Part shown: positions 21,331 to 31,329 of the stretch, piece by piece
Layout: each line of letters starts with the position of its first letter
Numbering within the stretch: the first letter of the stretch is position 1
Assembly: GCA_963726745.1 (NCBI GenBank)
Contig: CAVSDR010000004.1
Coordinates: forward strand, 64,001-128,000
From: an uncultured Verrucomicrobiae bacterium
GTDB lineage: Bacteria > Verrucomicrobiota > Verrucomicrobiia > Chthoniobacterales > UBA10450
Direction of reading: 5' to 3'
DNA length: 64,000 bases
Notes under the pieces: model-generated
Told to the model about the DNA's origin: nothing
Database searches by the model: none
The model's input: only the letters and a program-made list of their open reading frames with translations
Program-made: the position numbers and the translations under genes

Positions 21331-23277
21331 ATGCGAGACGACAAGATCGAGGCGGCCTTGGCGGCCGGAAAATTACTGCCGGCGGCCGCGGAAAACCTGC
21401 GCGGGTTGCTCGCGGGCGCCCCGGATGATTTCTACGCGCGCGTGATCGGCGAGCTGGCGGATGGCGGGCATTGGAGCGAGCTAAACGACCGCTTTTACAA
21501 GAAGCTCGCCTTCGGGACCGGTGGTCTGCGCGGCCGGACCGTGGGCAAAGTCGTCACCGCCGTCGAGCGCGGCTCTGCGGCCCACGATGCACCGCCGGAG
21601 TTCCCCTGCGTGGGCACGAATGCGATGAACTTCTACAACGTGGCCCGCGCCACCCGCGGCCTGGTGGCTTACCTGCACGATTGGTTTGCGCAGGAAAAAC
21701 TCCCGGGCCGCCCGAAGCTGGTGATCGCGCACGACACGCGCTTTTTCTCGCGGGAGTTCACCGCGCTGGCGGCGAAAGTCGCGGCGGAGAATGGCGCCGA
21801 CGCTTTCATCTTCGACGGCCCGCGCTCGACCCCGGAGCTGTCGTTTGCCGTGCGCCATCTCCACGCGAGCGCCGGCATCGTGATCACCGCGAGCCACAAC
21901 CCGCCGCATGACAATGGCTACAAGGTTTACTTCGCCGACGGCGCGCAAGTGGTCGAGCCGCACGCCGGCGGAATCATCGCAAAAGTGAACCAGCCGTCAG
22001 CCGCGGAGTCGCCGCACGGCCACGGCGCGGTCACGACTTTAGGCAGCGAGATCGACGCAGCCTACATGCGGCGGTTGGAGACGTTGGTGCTCGATCCGGA
22101 GCTGGTCCGCGGCGCGAAAGACTTGCGGATCGTCTTCACCCCGATCCACGGGACCGGCGGCGTGATCATCAAGCCGATGCTCCAGCGGCTCGGCTTTCAG
22201 TTTGCAGTCGTTAGGCAGCAAGATGAGTTCGACGGCGCTTTCCCGACGGTGGCTTCGCCGAACCCGGAAAACGCCGAGGCGCTGAAGCTGGGCGTGGAGC
22301 AGGCGCAAGCCGACGGCGCCGACCTGGTGGTCGCGACCGACCCGGATTGCGACCGCATGGGCGTGGCCGTGCGCACCGCCGCCGGCGAGATGAAATTGCT
22401 CACCGGCAACCAGATCGGCTCGCTCATGGCCTACTACCGCGCGAAGACGCTTTTCGAGCAGGGCGTGCTCACGAAGGAAAACGCGAAGCGCGGAGTGATC
22501 ATCAAGACGTTCGTCACCACCGATCTGCAAAAAGCGATCGCCGAACACTACGGCCTGCGCTGCGTCGAGACGCTGACCGGCTTCAAGTATATCGGCGCGA
22601 AGCTCGGGAAATACGAGGCCGCGCTCCCGGCGGCGACGCGCGCAGAATACCGCTCGCTCTCGGAGGAAGAGACGCGGGCGCGCCGGCTGGCGGACTCCTC
22701 GCTTTACATCTTTGGCGGCGAGGAAAGCTACGGCTACAGCGGCGCGGATTTCGTGCGCGACAAGGATGGCAACGGCGCCACGATCATGTTTTGCGAAGTT
22801 GCGGCTTACGCGAAATCGAAGGGCCTAACGCTCGATGCCTTGCTTGATGAAGTTTTCGCGACCTTTGGATTCTTCGCGGAAAAAAACGGCGCCATGACCT
22901 TCGAAGGCGCGGAAGGCGCGGGGAAGATCAAGGCGCTGCTCGAGTCCTACGTGAGCGCGCCGCCGCCGGAGATGCTCGGGTCGGCGGTGGCCGCGGTGAA
23001 GAACTTCGAGCAGGAGACTTATCGCGACGTCGAGGGCGACGTGATCCCGAAGGAAAAGATGCTCATCTTCGAACTAGCCGACCAGACGCGCGTGGCCGTG
23101 CGCGGTTCCGGCACCGAACCGAAGATCAAGTATTACCTCTTCGCGCAGCGCCGGCCGGAAGACGGAGCGCGCTTGAGCGAGGAAGAACTCGCAAACGCGA
23201 AACACGACGTCACCGCACGCCTCGAGCAGCTTTGGTCGTGGCTGCAGGACGATGCCGCCGCGCGGATCGGCTCGTAG
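21331..23277 (+). CDS. pgm: Phosphoglucomutase/phosphomannomutase
   Basis: FGTGGLRG, TASHNP, DPDCDR, GGEESYG, RGSGTEPKIK. Confidence 0.93.
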   Translation: MRDDKIEAALAAGKLLPAAAENLRGLLAGAPDDFYARVIGELADGGHWSELNDRFYKKLAFGTGGLRGRTVGKVVTAVERGSAAHDAPPEFPCVGTNAMNFYNVARATRGLVAYLHDWFAQEKLPGRPKLVIAHDTRFFSREFTALAAKVAAENGADAFIFDGPRSTPELSFAVRHLHASAGIVITASHNPPHDNGYKVYFADGAQVVEPHAGGIIAKVNQPSAAESPHGHGAVTTLGSEIDAAYMRRLETLVLDPELVRGAKDLRIVFTPIHGTGGVIIKPMLQRLGFQFAVVRQQDEFDGAFPTVASPNPENAEALKLGVEQAQADGADLVVATDPDCDRMGVAVRTAAGEMKLLTGNQIGSLMAYYRAKTLFEQGVLTKENAKRGVIIKTFVTTDLQKAIAEHYGLRCVETLTGFKYIGAKLGKYEAALPAATRAEYRSLSEEETRARRLADSSLYIFGGEESYGYSGADFVRDKDGNGATIMFCEVAAYAKSKGLTLDALLDEVFATFGFFAEKNGAMTFEGAEGAGKIKALLESYVSAPPPEMLGSAVAAVKNFEQETYRDVEGDVIPKEKMLIFELADQTRVAVRGSGTEPKIKYYLFAQRRPEDGARLSEEELANAKHDVTARLEQLWSWLQDDAAARIGS

Positions 23278-23312
23278 CTCGACAGCCGCCGTTTTCCCAC
23301 TGAAAGTCCGCG

Positions 23313-23630
23313 ATGCCTCGTGAGATTAAGTTAAGCGGCAGCGAGATCACTCTGCTGAAAGCGATCGGCCTGGGTGGTTCGCCGGTGCAGGGCAAGATCC
23401 TGATCGAGCGCACCGAGGACATGATCACCGCAGAATTTCTCGACACCCTCGATGGCCTGCTTTCCATCGGTTACGTCATGAGCAACAAGGTCAATGTGCG
23501 CAAAATGGAAGACGTCGAGCGCGCCTTCTTCCGGGTGAATCCGTCGTATGCGCGCGACTTGAAGGATGCGCTCAACCCCGCGGCCCGTCGCGACGCTGGC
23601 GGGCGCGCCCGGCGGCAGCGGAGAAGCTAA
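23313..23630 (+). CDS. Small hypothetical protein (possible winged-helix fold)
   Basis: Clean ORF with typical codon usage between pgm and lnt; the fold is a guess. Confidence 0.7.
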   Translation: MPREIKLSGSEITLLKAIGLGGSPVQGKILIERTEDMITAEFLDTLDGLLSIGYVMSNKVNVRKMEDVERAFFRVNPSYARDLKDALNPAARRDAGGRARRQRRS

Positions 23631-23638
23631 CCCGCGCG

Positions 23639-25354
23639 GTGAATTCCCTGCACAGAGCGCTCCGGCTGTGGCCGTGGCTGGCGGCGATCACGAGTGGCGT
23701 TTTTCTGCGCCTTTGCTTCGCTCCGTTCGATCAGGCCTGGCTTTGCTGGGTCGCGCTCGCGCCGCTGCTCGCGGGCATTTGGTTTCCGGGTTACGAGGTC
23801 CGCCGACCTTGGCGGCGACATCTTCTGCTCGGCTATCTCACCGGGATCATTTTCTTTTGGTCGGTCTTCTCGTGGCTCACTACCGTGACCACGCCCGGCT
23901 GGATTCTCGTGGGTCTTTACATGGGAATTTACCCAGCGCTTTGGGCCTGGCTGGTCGGGCAATTGCGCCCGGTGCCCCGTCCGCCGACGCCGCTCACTGG
24001 GCTGGAAGCGGTCACGCGCAAGCTCGAGGAAAAACGGGCCGCGGAGCGGGGCCTGGTCCTGCCGCCGGCGACGCCGGTGGAATCAGAAGCCAGCCGATCG
24101 CCCTGGCTCAGCTCATTAAATAATATCCGCCTGGCGGCCTTGCTTTCCGCAGCCTGGGTCGCGCTCGAGTTCATCCGCTCGACGCTCTTTTCCGGCTGGG
24201 GCTGGAACAGTCTGGGAAGCGCGCTCCATGCGCAGTGGGCCATGATCCAGATCGCCGATCTCACCGGCGTGCCCGGCCTTTCCTTCCTCGTTTGCTTCAC
24301 CACCGTCATCCTGGTCGCCACCGTCCGGCGCTTCATCCTCGAGACCCAGGTGCGGCCGGTGAAGCCGCATTACGATTTCACCGTCACCATGGCGCTGCTT
24401 GTGGCCGTGATCGCCTACGGCGTGCGTTCGGTGCAACACCGCCGGCCGGTGGAAACGATCCGCGTCTCCGCCCTCCAGCCGGACATTCCGCGGGAGGATA
24501 AATTCAACCCGCAGACGGCGGATTCGGTTTTCGCCACCTACCGCCGCTTGAGCGAAATCGCGCTCCGTTCGCAACCGGACCTGCTCCTCTGGCCGGAGAG
24601 CTCGCTGCCCGGCCCGGCGCTGCAGGATGAGCAAAGCAACGCCTTCCTGATGGACTTCGCCGCGAAGGCGCAGGTCGACCTCTTGTTAGGCGCGATCGAC
24701 GTGAACGAAAAGGACGCCTTCAACGCCGCCCTCCTCGTCTCCGCGGGCGGCGAGCGCGTGCAACTCTACCGGAAAATCCACCTCGTCCCCTTCGGCGAAT
24801 ATGTTCCCGGCCGGAACACTATTCCGGGCATCGGCGCGATCGTCGGCAATCAGGTCCCGGAAGACTTCGGCTTTGGGCGCGAGTTCACCGTCTTCACCAC
24901 CGCGAAGGAAAACGTGCGCGTGGCGCCGTTGATTTGCTTCGAGGACACGATCGGCGAGCTCACCCGGCAGTTCGTTCGCCGCGGCGCGAACTTGCTGGCT
25001 AATGTGACCAACGACGGCTGGTTTCTCCAGTCCGCCGGCTCGCAACAGCACCTGGCGAACGCGGTTTTCCGTTGCGTGGAAACGCGATTGCCAATGGTTC
25101 GCTCGGCCAACACCGGCGTGACCACCTTCATCAACGAATTCGGCCGGCCGACGCAGACTTTGCGCGATGAACGCGGGAGCCAATTCACCCAGGGCGTCCT
25201 CACCGGCACAGTCGAGGTGCCGCTGGAATACGAGCCGACGTTTTACGTGCAACACGGCGAGCTTTTCGCACAGATTTGTCTCGCGCTCACGGCCGCACTT
25301 GGTGCTTTTCTTGGCCTGCGCGCGCTCCGGCGGCGCACTCCGAAGCATGACTGA
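23639..25354 (+). CDS. lnt: Apolipoprotein N-acyltransferase
   Basis: TM N-terminus; nitrilase triad motifs WPES, KIHLVPFGEYVP, ICFE; NVTNDGWF; RSANTG. Confidence 0.93.
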   Translation: MNSLHRALRLWPWLAAITSGVFLRLCFAPFDQAWLCWVALAPLLAGIWFPGYEVRRPWRRHLLLGYLTGIIFFWSVFSWLTTVTTPGWILVGLYMGIYPALWAWLVGQLRPVPRPPTPLTGLEAVTRKLEEKRAAERGLVLPPATPVESEASRSPWLSSLNNIRLAALLSAAWVALEFIRSTLFSGWGWNSLGSALHAQWAMIQIADLTGVPGLSFLVCFTTVILVATVRRFILETQVRPVKPHYDFTVTMALLVAVIAYGVRSVQHRRPVETIRVSALQPDIPREDKFNPQTADSVFATYRRLSEIALRSQPDLLLWPESSLPGPALQDEQSNAFLMDFAAKAQVDLLLGAIDVNEKDAFNAALLVSAGGERVQLYRKIHLVPFGEYVPGRNTIPGIGAIVGNQVPEDFGFGREFTVFTTAKENVRVAPLICFEDTIGELTRQFVRRGANLLANVTNDGWFLQSAGSQQHLANAVFRCVETRLPMVRSANTGVTTFINEFGRPTQTLRDERGSQFTQGVLTGTVEVPLEYEPTFYVQHGELFAQICLALTAALGAFLGLRALRRRTPKHD

Positions 25355-26276
25355 CGATCTCGCCATCTCCGTGCGCGACCTGCGCATGAACTACGGCCCG
25401 CTCGAGGCGGTCAAGGGGATCGACTTCGAGGTGCAAAGCGGCGAGGTCTTCGGCCTCCTCGGCCCGAATGGCGCTGGCAAAACCACCACCGTGGAAATCC
25501 TCGAGGGCCTGCGCCGCCGCACCGGCGGTGAAGTGCGCGTGCTCGGGCTGGACCCCGATCGCCAGAAGCAAAAACTCAAGGACCGCATCGGCGTGGCCCT
25601 GCAGGCGACAAGTTTAGCCGACAAGATCCGCGTGGGCGAAGCGGTGAAGCTCTTTGGTTCCTTCTACACCCGCACGGTCGATGGCGAGGCGCTTTTGAAA
25701 CGCCTTCAGCTTTGGGAAAAGCGGAACGCTTTCTACAGCTCGCTCTCCGGCGGACAACAACAGCGGCTGGCCCTCGTGCTCGCGTTGATCAACGACCCGC
25801 AACTTCTCTTCCTCGACGAGCCGACCACCGGCCTCGACCCGCAGGTGCGCCTGGAAATTCGCGACCTGATCGAGGAACTGCGCTCCGAGAAGCGCACCAT
25901 CCTCATGACCACGCACTACATCGAGGAAGCCGAGCGGCTCTGCGATCGCGTGGCCATTATCGACGCCGGCAAAATCATCGCCCTCGGCACGCCGCGCGAG
26001 TTGCAGGAGAAAAGCGCCACGCAATCCGGGATCGAAGCACGCCTCGATCGACCGGTCCCGGCTGGCCCGCTCCCGGAATTCGCCGAGAGCCTCCGCACTC
26101 TTCTGAGCGACGATCGCCGCAGCCTCACGATCAGCTCGAAACGGCCGGCAAAGACTTTGGTCGAGCTGGTGAAATGGATCGAAGCGCAGGGCCTCGAACT
26201 CGAAGACGTGCACTTGAAACGGCCTACGCTCGAGGATGTCTTTATCGAGCTGACCGGGAAGAAGCTCCGCGACTAA
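25347..26276 (+). CDS. ABC-2-type exporter ATP-binding subunit
   Basis: GPNGAGKT, LSGGQ, LDEPTTGLD, TTH; C-terminal PTLEDVFIELTG. Confidence 0.93.
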   Translation: MTDDLAISVRDLRMNYGPLEAVKGIDFEVQSGEVFGLLGPNGAGKTTTVEILEGLRRRTGGEVRVLGLDPDRQKQKLKDRIGVALQATSLADKIRVGEAVKLFGSFYTRTVDGEALLKRLQLWEKRNAFYSSLSGGQQQRLALVLALINDPQLLFLDEPTTGLDPQVRLEIRDLIEELRSEKRTILMTTHYIEEAERLCDRVAIIDAGKIIALGTPRELQEKSATQSGIEARLDRPVPAGPLPEFAESLRTLLSDDRRSLTISSKRPAKTLVELVKWIEAQGLELEDVHLKRPTLEDVFIELTGKKLRD

Positions 26277-26283
26277 TGAACCG

Positions 26284-28482
26284 ATGAAAGCCTTCCTCGC
26301 CCTGATGCAGAACGATCTGCGCCTCGCGTTGCGCAATCGTGCGGTCGTCTTCTTCAATTACTTCTTTCCGCTAACCTTCTTTTTCATCTTCGCGCTCCTG
26401 CTCCAGGCCAACCAAGGCTCGGCGATCAATCGCGTGATCACGATCGCCCTCGGCTTTGGCATTCTCGGGAATGGCCTTTTTGGCGCCGGGATGCGCGCGG
26501 TCATGGATCGCGAGGCCAATGTCCTCCGGCGTTACAAGGTCACGCCGATCACCCCGGTCCCGCTGCTCGTGGCCTCGATGATCGTGGGCGCGCTGCTCTT
26601 CCTACCCACGGTGATCGTCACGCTGTTCCTGGCCCATCAGTTCTACGGGATGGAAGTGCCGCCTAATCTTGTCTCCTTCTTCCTTTTCGTCATCGTGGCC
26701 GCGATCGCCTTCCGCGCGCTGGGGTTGATCATCGCCGCGGTGGTCAATTCCTCCCAGGAAAGCAACCTCCTGATCCAGCCGATCTACATGGTCATGCTTT
26801 TCCTCAGCGGCATGACCATCCCGATCAGCATGTTCCCGGATTGGCTCCAGCGCGTGACCCAATTTGTCCCCGCGACTTACCTCATGAGCGGGATGGCCGG
26901 GATCATCCAGCGGCACGAAACGCTCCTGCAAAACTGGGCCGCAACCGCCGCGCTCCTCGTGACCGCGGTCATCGCTACTTTCATCGCGACGAAACTTTTC
27001 CGCTGGGAAAAGGGCGAGAAGCTCCGGCCCGCAGCCAAGCTCTGGGTGCTGGTCTCGCTGGTGCCGTTTCTTCTCCTCGGCGCCTACCAGTCATGGAGCA
27101 GCGAGAACCTCACCAAAACGAAAATCCTCGCGCGCGAAGTTCAGCGCGGCCGCTCCTGGCTCCTGCAGAACGGGCGCATTTTCGTGGGCGACGGCCGGGT
27201 GATCGAGTCCGGCTCCGTCCTGATCCGCCGCGGCAAGATCGCGCGGATTTTTGAAGGCCCGGCGCCGGAGGCGAAGGCGCTCAATGCCGAGCCGATCGAG
27301 GCCGCCGGCAAGACGATCCTGCCCGGCCTGATCGATGTGCATGTGCACCTTGGCGCGCCGGGCGGCTTCGTCGAGGACTGGTCAAAACACGACTCGAAGA
27401 AGGCGATCGAGCGTGAACTCGCTGCCTATCTTTTCTCCGGCGTGACCGCGGTGCGCAGCGCAGGCGACGCCACCGACACGTTGCTCGATGTGCGCACGCA
27501 TTTCGCCACCGGCGAGAAGCTGGGGACCGAGCTCTTCCTTTGCGGTCCGCTCTTCACCGCCAAGGACGGTCACGGGACGGAATACGGGAAGTTCATCCCG
27601 GAGAACTTCCGCGAAGGCTTCAACGCGCAATTCGTCCGCACGCCGCAAAGCGCGGCGGAAGCGCGCACGCAAGTCGACCAGCTCGCGCAGCAGGGCGTCG
27701 ATGCGATCAAGGGCGTCCTCGAGACTGGCTCGGCCTCGTATTCCTTCGTGCGCATGGACCTCACGATCCTGCGCGCCGTGGCCGACGCCGCGCACGCGCA
27801 CAATCTCCCCGTCTCCATCCACACCGGCGACGCCCAGGACGTGGCCGACGCCGTCGCCTTGGGCGCAAACTCGATCGAGCACGGCTCTTTCCGCGACGAA
27901 ATAGCCGACAACATCCTCGCCCAGATGAAGGAGAACGGCATCATGCTCGACCCGACGCTCTCGGTCGCGGAGGGGATGAAAGACTTCGCTGCGGGCAAGA
28001 CCGACCTGCTCAAGCGCTCGTTAGTCCAGCAGGTCACGCCGAAGGATTTGCTTGCCAGCACCGAGCGCGCGACGAGCGACCCCAAGACCGCCGAGATGCG
28101 CGAAAACCTCGCGAAGTATCCGATCTCGCTCGAGCAAGGCGCGCGCAACCTCGTCCGCGCGTGGCAGGCCGGGGTCACACTCGTGACCGGCTCGGACGCG
28201 GGGAACTCCTTCGTCTTCCACGGCCCGACGGTGCAGCGGGAGATCGAGCTCTGGGTGGCCGCCGGCATCCCGCCCGCGGTCGCGCTCCAGGCAGCCACCG
28301 CCAATGCCGCGCGCTTGCTGCGCGCCGAGGACCGCTTCGGCACCGTCGCGGAAGGGAAGGAAGCCAGCTTGCTGATGGTCGATGGCAACCCGCTCGAAGA
28401 CGTGCGTGCGCTCTCGGCCATTTCCACCGTTTTCTTCAAGGGCGAACGCGTCGGGCGCACCGAACTCTTGGAAGAAAAGTAA
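26284..28482 (+). CDS. ABC-2 permease fused to an amidohydrolase domain
   Basis: About 270 aa ABC-2 permease (FLSG..P...P.WLQ, FRWE) followed in frame by PGLIDVHVH...SIEHG...GSDAG. Confidence 0.85.
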   Translation: MKAFLALMQNDLRLALRNRAVVFFNYFFPLTFFFIFALLLQANQGSAINRVITIALGFGILGNGLFGAGMRAVMDREANVLRRYKVTPITPVPLLVASMIVGALLFLPTVIVTLFLAHQFYGMEVPPNLVSFFLFVIVAAIAFRALGLIIAAVVNSSQESNLLIQPIYMVMLFLSGMTIPISMFPDWLQRVTQFVPATYLMSGMAGIIQRHETLLQNWAATAALLVTAVIATFIATKLFRWEKGEKLRPAAKLWVLVSLVPFLLLGAYQSWSSENLTKTKILAREVQRGRSWLLQNGRIFVGDGRVIESGSVLIRRGKIARIFEGPAPEAKALNAEPIEAAGKTILPGLIDVHVHLGAPGGFVEDWSKHDSKKAIERELAAYLFSGVTAVRSAGDATDTLLDVRTHFATGEKLGTELFLCGPLFTAKDGHGTEYGKFIPENFREGFNAQFVRTPQSAAEARTQVDQLAQQGVDAIKGVLETGSASYSFVRMDLTILRAVADAAHAHNLPVSIHTGDAQDVADAVALGANSIEHGSFRDEIADNILAQMKENGIMLDPTLSVAEGMKDFAAGKTDLLKRSLVQQVTPKDLLASTERATSDPKTAEMRENLAKYPISLEQGARNLVRAWQAGVTLVTGSDAGNSFVFHGPTVQREIELWVAAGIPPAVALQAATANAARLLRAEDRFGTVAEGKEASLLMVDGNPLEDVRALSAISTVFFKGERVGRTELLEEK

Positions 28483-28522
28483 GCGCGGTTGACGCACCTG
28501 CGCCCCGGCCAGAAAGGGGAAG

Positions 28523-29626
28523 ATGCTTCGCGTCCTCCTGCTCCTGCTCGCCTTCCTGCCCTGCTCTGCCTGGGCCTACGGCCCGATTGGCCACCAGATC
28601 GTCGGCGCGATTGCCGATGAAAAATTAGCCGGCACCGAGGCCGGGAAGAAAGTCGCGCTTCTGCTCGACGGTTTCACGCTCGAGAAGGCGGCGGTGATTC
28701 CCGACGAGATCAAGGGCTGGGACAAGAAGGGCCCGGACGATCCGCAGATTTTCCATTACTCCTCGCGGCCGCGGATCGACGCCATGCTGGTGGAGTATTG
28801 GAAAGCCAACCCGCCGACGAAGGACACGAAGTCGCCCGTGCCTTCGCATCATTGGTATCACTACACCGACGTGCCGCTGATCAAGCCGCAGAAGTACGCC
28901 GACGGCCAGGCGGGGCGTTCGCCTTGGGACATCGTGCACGCTTCGCGCTATGCCATCGCGGTTCTCCAAGGCAAGGAGCCGGAGGAAAATCCGCGCAAGG
29001 TCACCAAGCCAATCGCAATCATCTTGCTGGCTCATTTTCTGGGCGACATCCATCAGCCGCTCCATGTGGGCGCGCAGTTTTTCGACGCCGCCGGCCAGCC
29101 GGCCGATCCCGAGACCGATCCGCACGCGCTCGAGGACCAAGGCGGGAACACGATCACCTTGAAGCACTCGCCCACGGCGGCGGCGCGGCTTGAGCATGTC
29201 GACTCGAAGCTGCACGGCTTTTGGGATAGCGGCACGGTGAACCTCCTCCTGCCCGACGCACCGAAAGCCATGCCGAAGGAAGAACGCCGCGCGACCACCG
29301 ATGCGGGCAAGAAAGCGCTCATCGACCAGATGGCGAAGACGGAACCGAAAGGTTGGAAGTTGCCGGCTAATCTCGCGCTGGTCGATTACCCGGAAGCCTG
29401 GGCCAACGAGATTCTGCCAGTCGCGCACGAGGCGCACACGCGTCTAAAATTCAGCGGCCTTCGCCGCGGCGACGATCCCGAGCAACCGGTGATCATCGGC
29501 CAGGCCGAGGGCACATCCGCAGCCGACAAGCTTTCCTACGAAGATTGGGCCGCCAAAGTCGTGCGCCAAGAGCTTCATCTCGCTGGCTGGCGGCTGGCCG
29601 ATCTCCTCGAACAAGCGCTCAAGTAA
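28523..29626 (+). CDS. Secreted S1/P1-family nuclease
   Basis: Signal peptide then YGPIGH; HFLGDIHQPLH, DQGGN, LHGFWD, AGWRLA. Confidence 0.9.
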   Translation: MLRVLLLLLAFLPCSAWAYGPIGHQIVGAIADEKLAGTEAGKKVALLLDGFTLEKAAVIPDEIKGWDKKGPDDPQIFHYSSRPRIDAMLVEYWKANPPTKDTKSPVPSHHWYHYTDVPLIKPQKYADGQAGRSPWDIVHASRYAIAVLQGKEPEENPRKVTKPIAIILLAHFLGDIHQPLHVGAQFFDAAGQPADPETDPHALEDQGGNTITLKHSPTAAARLEHVDSKLHGFWDSGTVNLLLPDAPKAMPKEERRATTDAGKKALIDQMAKTEPKGWKLPANLALVDYPEAWANEILPVAHEAHTRLKFSGLRRGDDPEQPVIIGQAEGTSAADKLSYEDWAAKVVRQELHLAGWRLADLLEQALK

Positions 29627-29644
29627 GACGCGGCCGGTCGCGCG

Positions 29645-30367
29645 TCAGCGCAGCGTCTGTCGAAAATAGCCAGCAACTTCTTCCCGCACCCGAGCCTGCG
29701 CCGCCGCGGAAAAGCCGTGGCCTTCGCCGGGCACGAAATGCGTCGTGACCGTGGGCGCGTGCCGGCGCAAATACCGCTGCAGCGGCAAGGCGTATTTCTC
29801 GAATGGCACGCGACCATCCGCCATCCCGTGGATCATCAACCCTGGCGGCATGCTTCCGAGGCGTTTGGTCTCGTTATTCCACACCCCGCCGGCCTGCTCC
29901 GCGATCGCGCCCACGCGCGGATTTTCCGACGCAGCCGCCACGGCGAGAAACGCGCCTAACGAGTAACCATAGAGGCCGATGCGGGCGTGGTTCCCCTGCT
30001 CCTGCGCGATCCAGCGCAGGGAGTCGCGCACCGTCTCCAACCAGGTGTCGAAATTCTTCAAGAGACCGCGGTCGCCGAGGAAAAAGTGCGAGCCGGTGCG
30101 ATCGAAATAGTGCAGGAGGTAGACCGCGTTTCCCTCGGCCGCGAGCCGAAGCGCCATCCGCCGCATCTCCGGACCGTCGAAGAGCGTGCCGCCAGCGCCA
30201 TGCAGCACCAGGATCGTCCGGTGCGTCGCCGGTACGGCGGCGGGCGCAAAGTAGTCGGCCGTGATCGTGCGCCCGCCACTGACGAAGGATCGCGTCTCGG
30301 AAGCGCGGAGTGCGCCCGGAGCGAGGAGCGTAAGAATGATCAGCCAGGCCGGGCGCAGGAAAGTCAT
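29645..30367 (-). CDS. Dienelactone-hydrolase-like alpha/beta hydrolase
   Basis: Signal peptide; LHGAGG, GYSLG, HGMAD, GEGHGF. Confidence 0.85.
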   Translation of the reverse strand: MTFLRPAWLIILTLLAPGALRASETRSFVSGGRTITADYFAPAAVPATHRTILVLHGAGGTLFDGPEMRRMALRLAAEGNAVYLLHYFDRTGSHFFLGDRGLLKNFDTWLETVRDSLRWIAQEQGNHARIGLYGYSLGAFLAVAAASENPRVGAIAEQAGGVWNNETKRLGSMPPGLMIHGMADGRVPFEKYALPLQRYLRRHAPTVTTHFVPGEGHGFSAAAQARVREEVAGYFRQTLR

Positions 30368-30408
30368 GTCGGAGAGCGCTTCGCACCGGCCGCCCTGCGG
30401 GACGCGCT

Positions 30409-31329
30409 TTACTCGTCGGGATGAAGCTCGAATTGGCTCATCGCGCGGAACATTTGGTAGCGCTGCTTGATCTCGTCCTGCTGGAGCGTGCGCAGCCGGT
30501 CCATGCTGAAGGCCTCGACGTTGAAGCTCGCAAGCACGCTCCCGTAGATGAGCGCGCGGCGGAATTGCGCGAAGCTTAATTCGCCACCGGAAGCCGCGAG
30601 ATAGCCGGCGACGCCGCCGGCGAAAGTGTCGCCTGCGCCCGTAGGATCGTGGATGTCTTCCAGCGGATAGGCCCCGCAGCTGAAGAAATCGTCCTCGCTG
30701 AAAAGAAGCGCGCCATGTTCGCCTTTTTTGATCGCGACATATTTCGGCCCGGCTTTGAGAATGGCACGGCCGGCTTTGATCAGGCTCGTCTCCTTGGTCA
30801 TCTCGCGCGCTTCGCTGTCGTTCAGGATGAGCATGTCCACTCGCGGGAGGAGCGCATCGAGATCCGCGCGCGCAATGTTGATCCAAAGATCCATCGTGTC
30901 GGCCACGATGAAGCGCGGCTTCTCCATTTGATCGAGCACGTGGGACTGGAGCGCGGGCGCAATATTAGCCAGCAAGACGAAGTCGGTCTTCTTGTAGGCC
31001 GCCGGCAGATCGGGGCGGAAATGTTCGAAAACGTTCAGGTCGACCGAGCGGGTCTCGCGCGTGTTCATGTCCCAGGCGTATTCGCCCGACCAGCGGAAGG
31101 TTTTTCCCTCGGCGCGCTGCACCCCCGCGGTGTCGATCTTGCGTTCCTTCCAAAAGTTGAACTCGCTCTCCGGAAAATCACTTCCGACCACGCCGACGAG
31201 ATTCACTGGCGAAAAGAAGCTCGCCCCGAGGGCCGCGTAAGAAGCGGAGCCGCCGAGTTGGTCGGCATGTTCCTCCACGGGAGTTTTGACGGTGTCGAGC
31301 GCGATGGAACCAACGATGAGGACGGACAT
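30409..31329 (-). CDS. PfkB-family sugar/nucleoside kinase
   Basis: VGSIALD, LGGSASY, KKGEHG, DPTGAGDTFAGG. Confidence 0.9.
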   Translation of the reverse strand: MSVLIVGSIALDTVKTPVEEHADQLGGSASYAALGASFFSPVNLVGVVGSDFPESEFNFWKERKIDTAGVQRAEGKTFRWSGEYAWDMNTRETRSVDLNVFEHFRPDLPAAYKKTDFVLLANIAPALQSHVLDQMEKPRFIVADTMDLWINIARADLDALLPRVDMLILNDSEAREMTKETSLIKAGRAILKAGPKYVAIKKGEHGALLFSEDDFFSCGAYPLEDIHDPTGAGDTFAGGVAGYLAASGGELSFAQFRRALIYGSVLASFNVEAFSMDRLRTLQQDEIKQRYQMFRAMSQFELHPDE

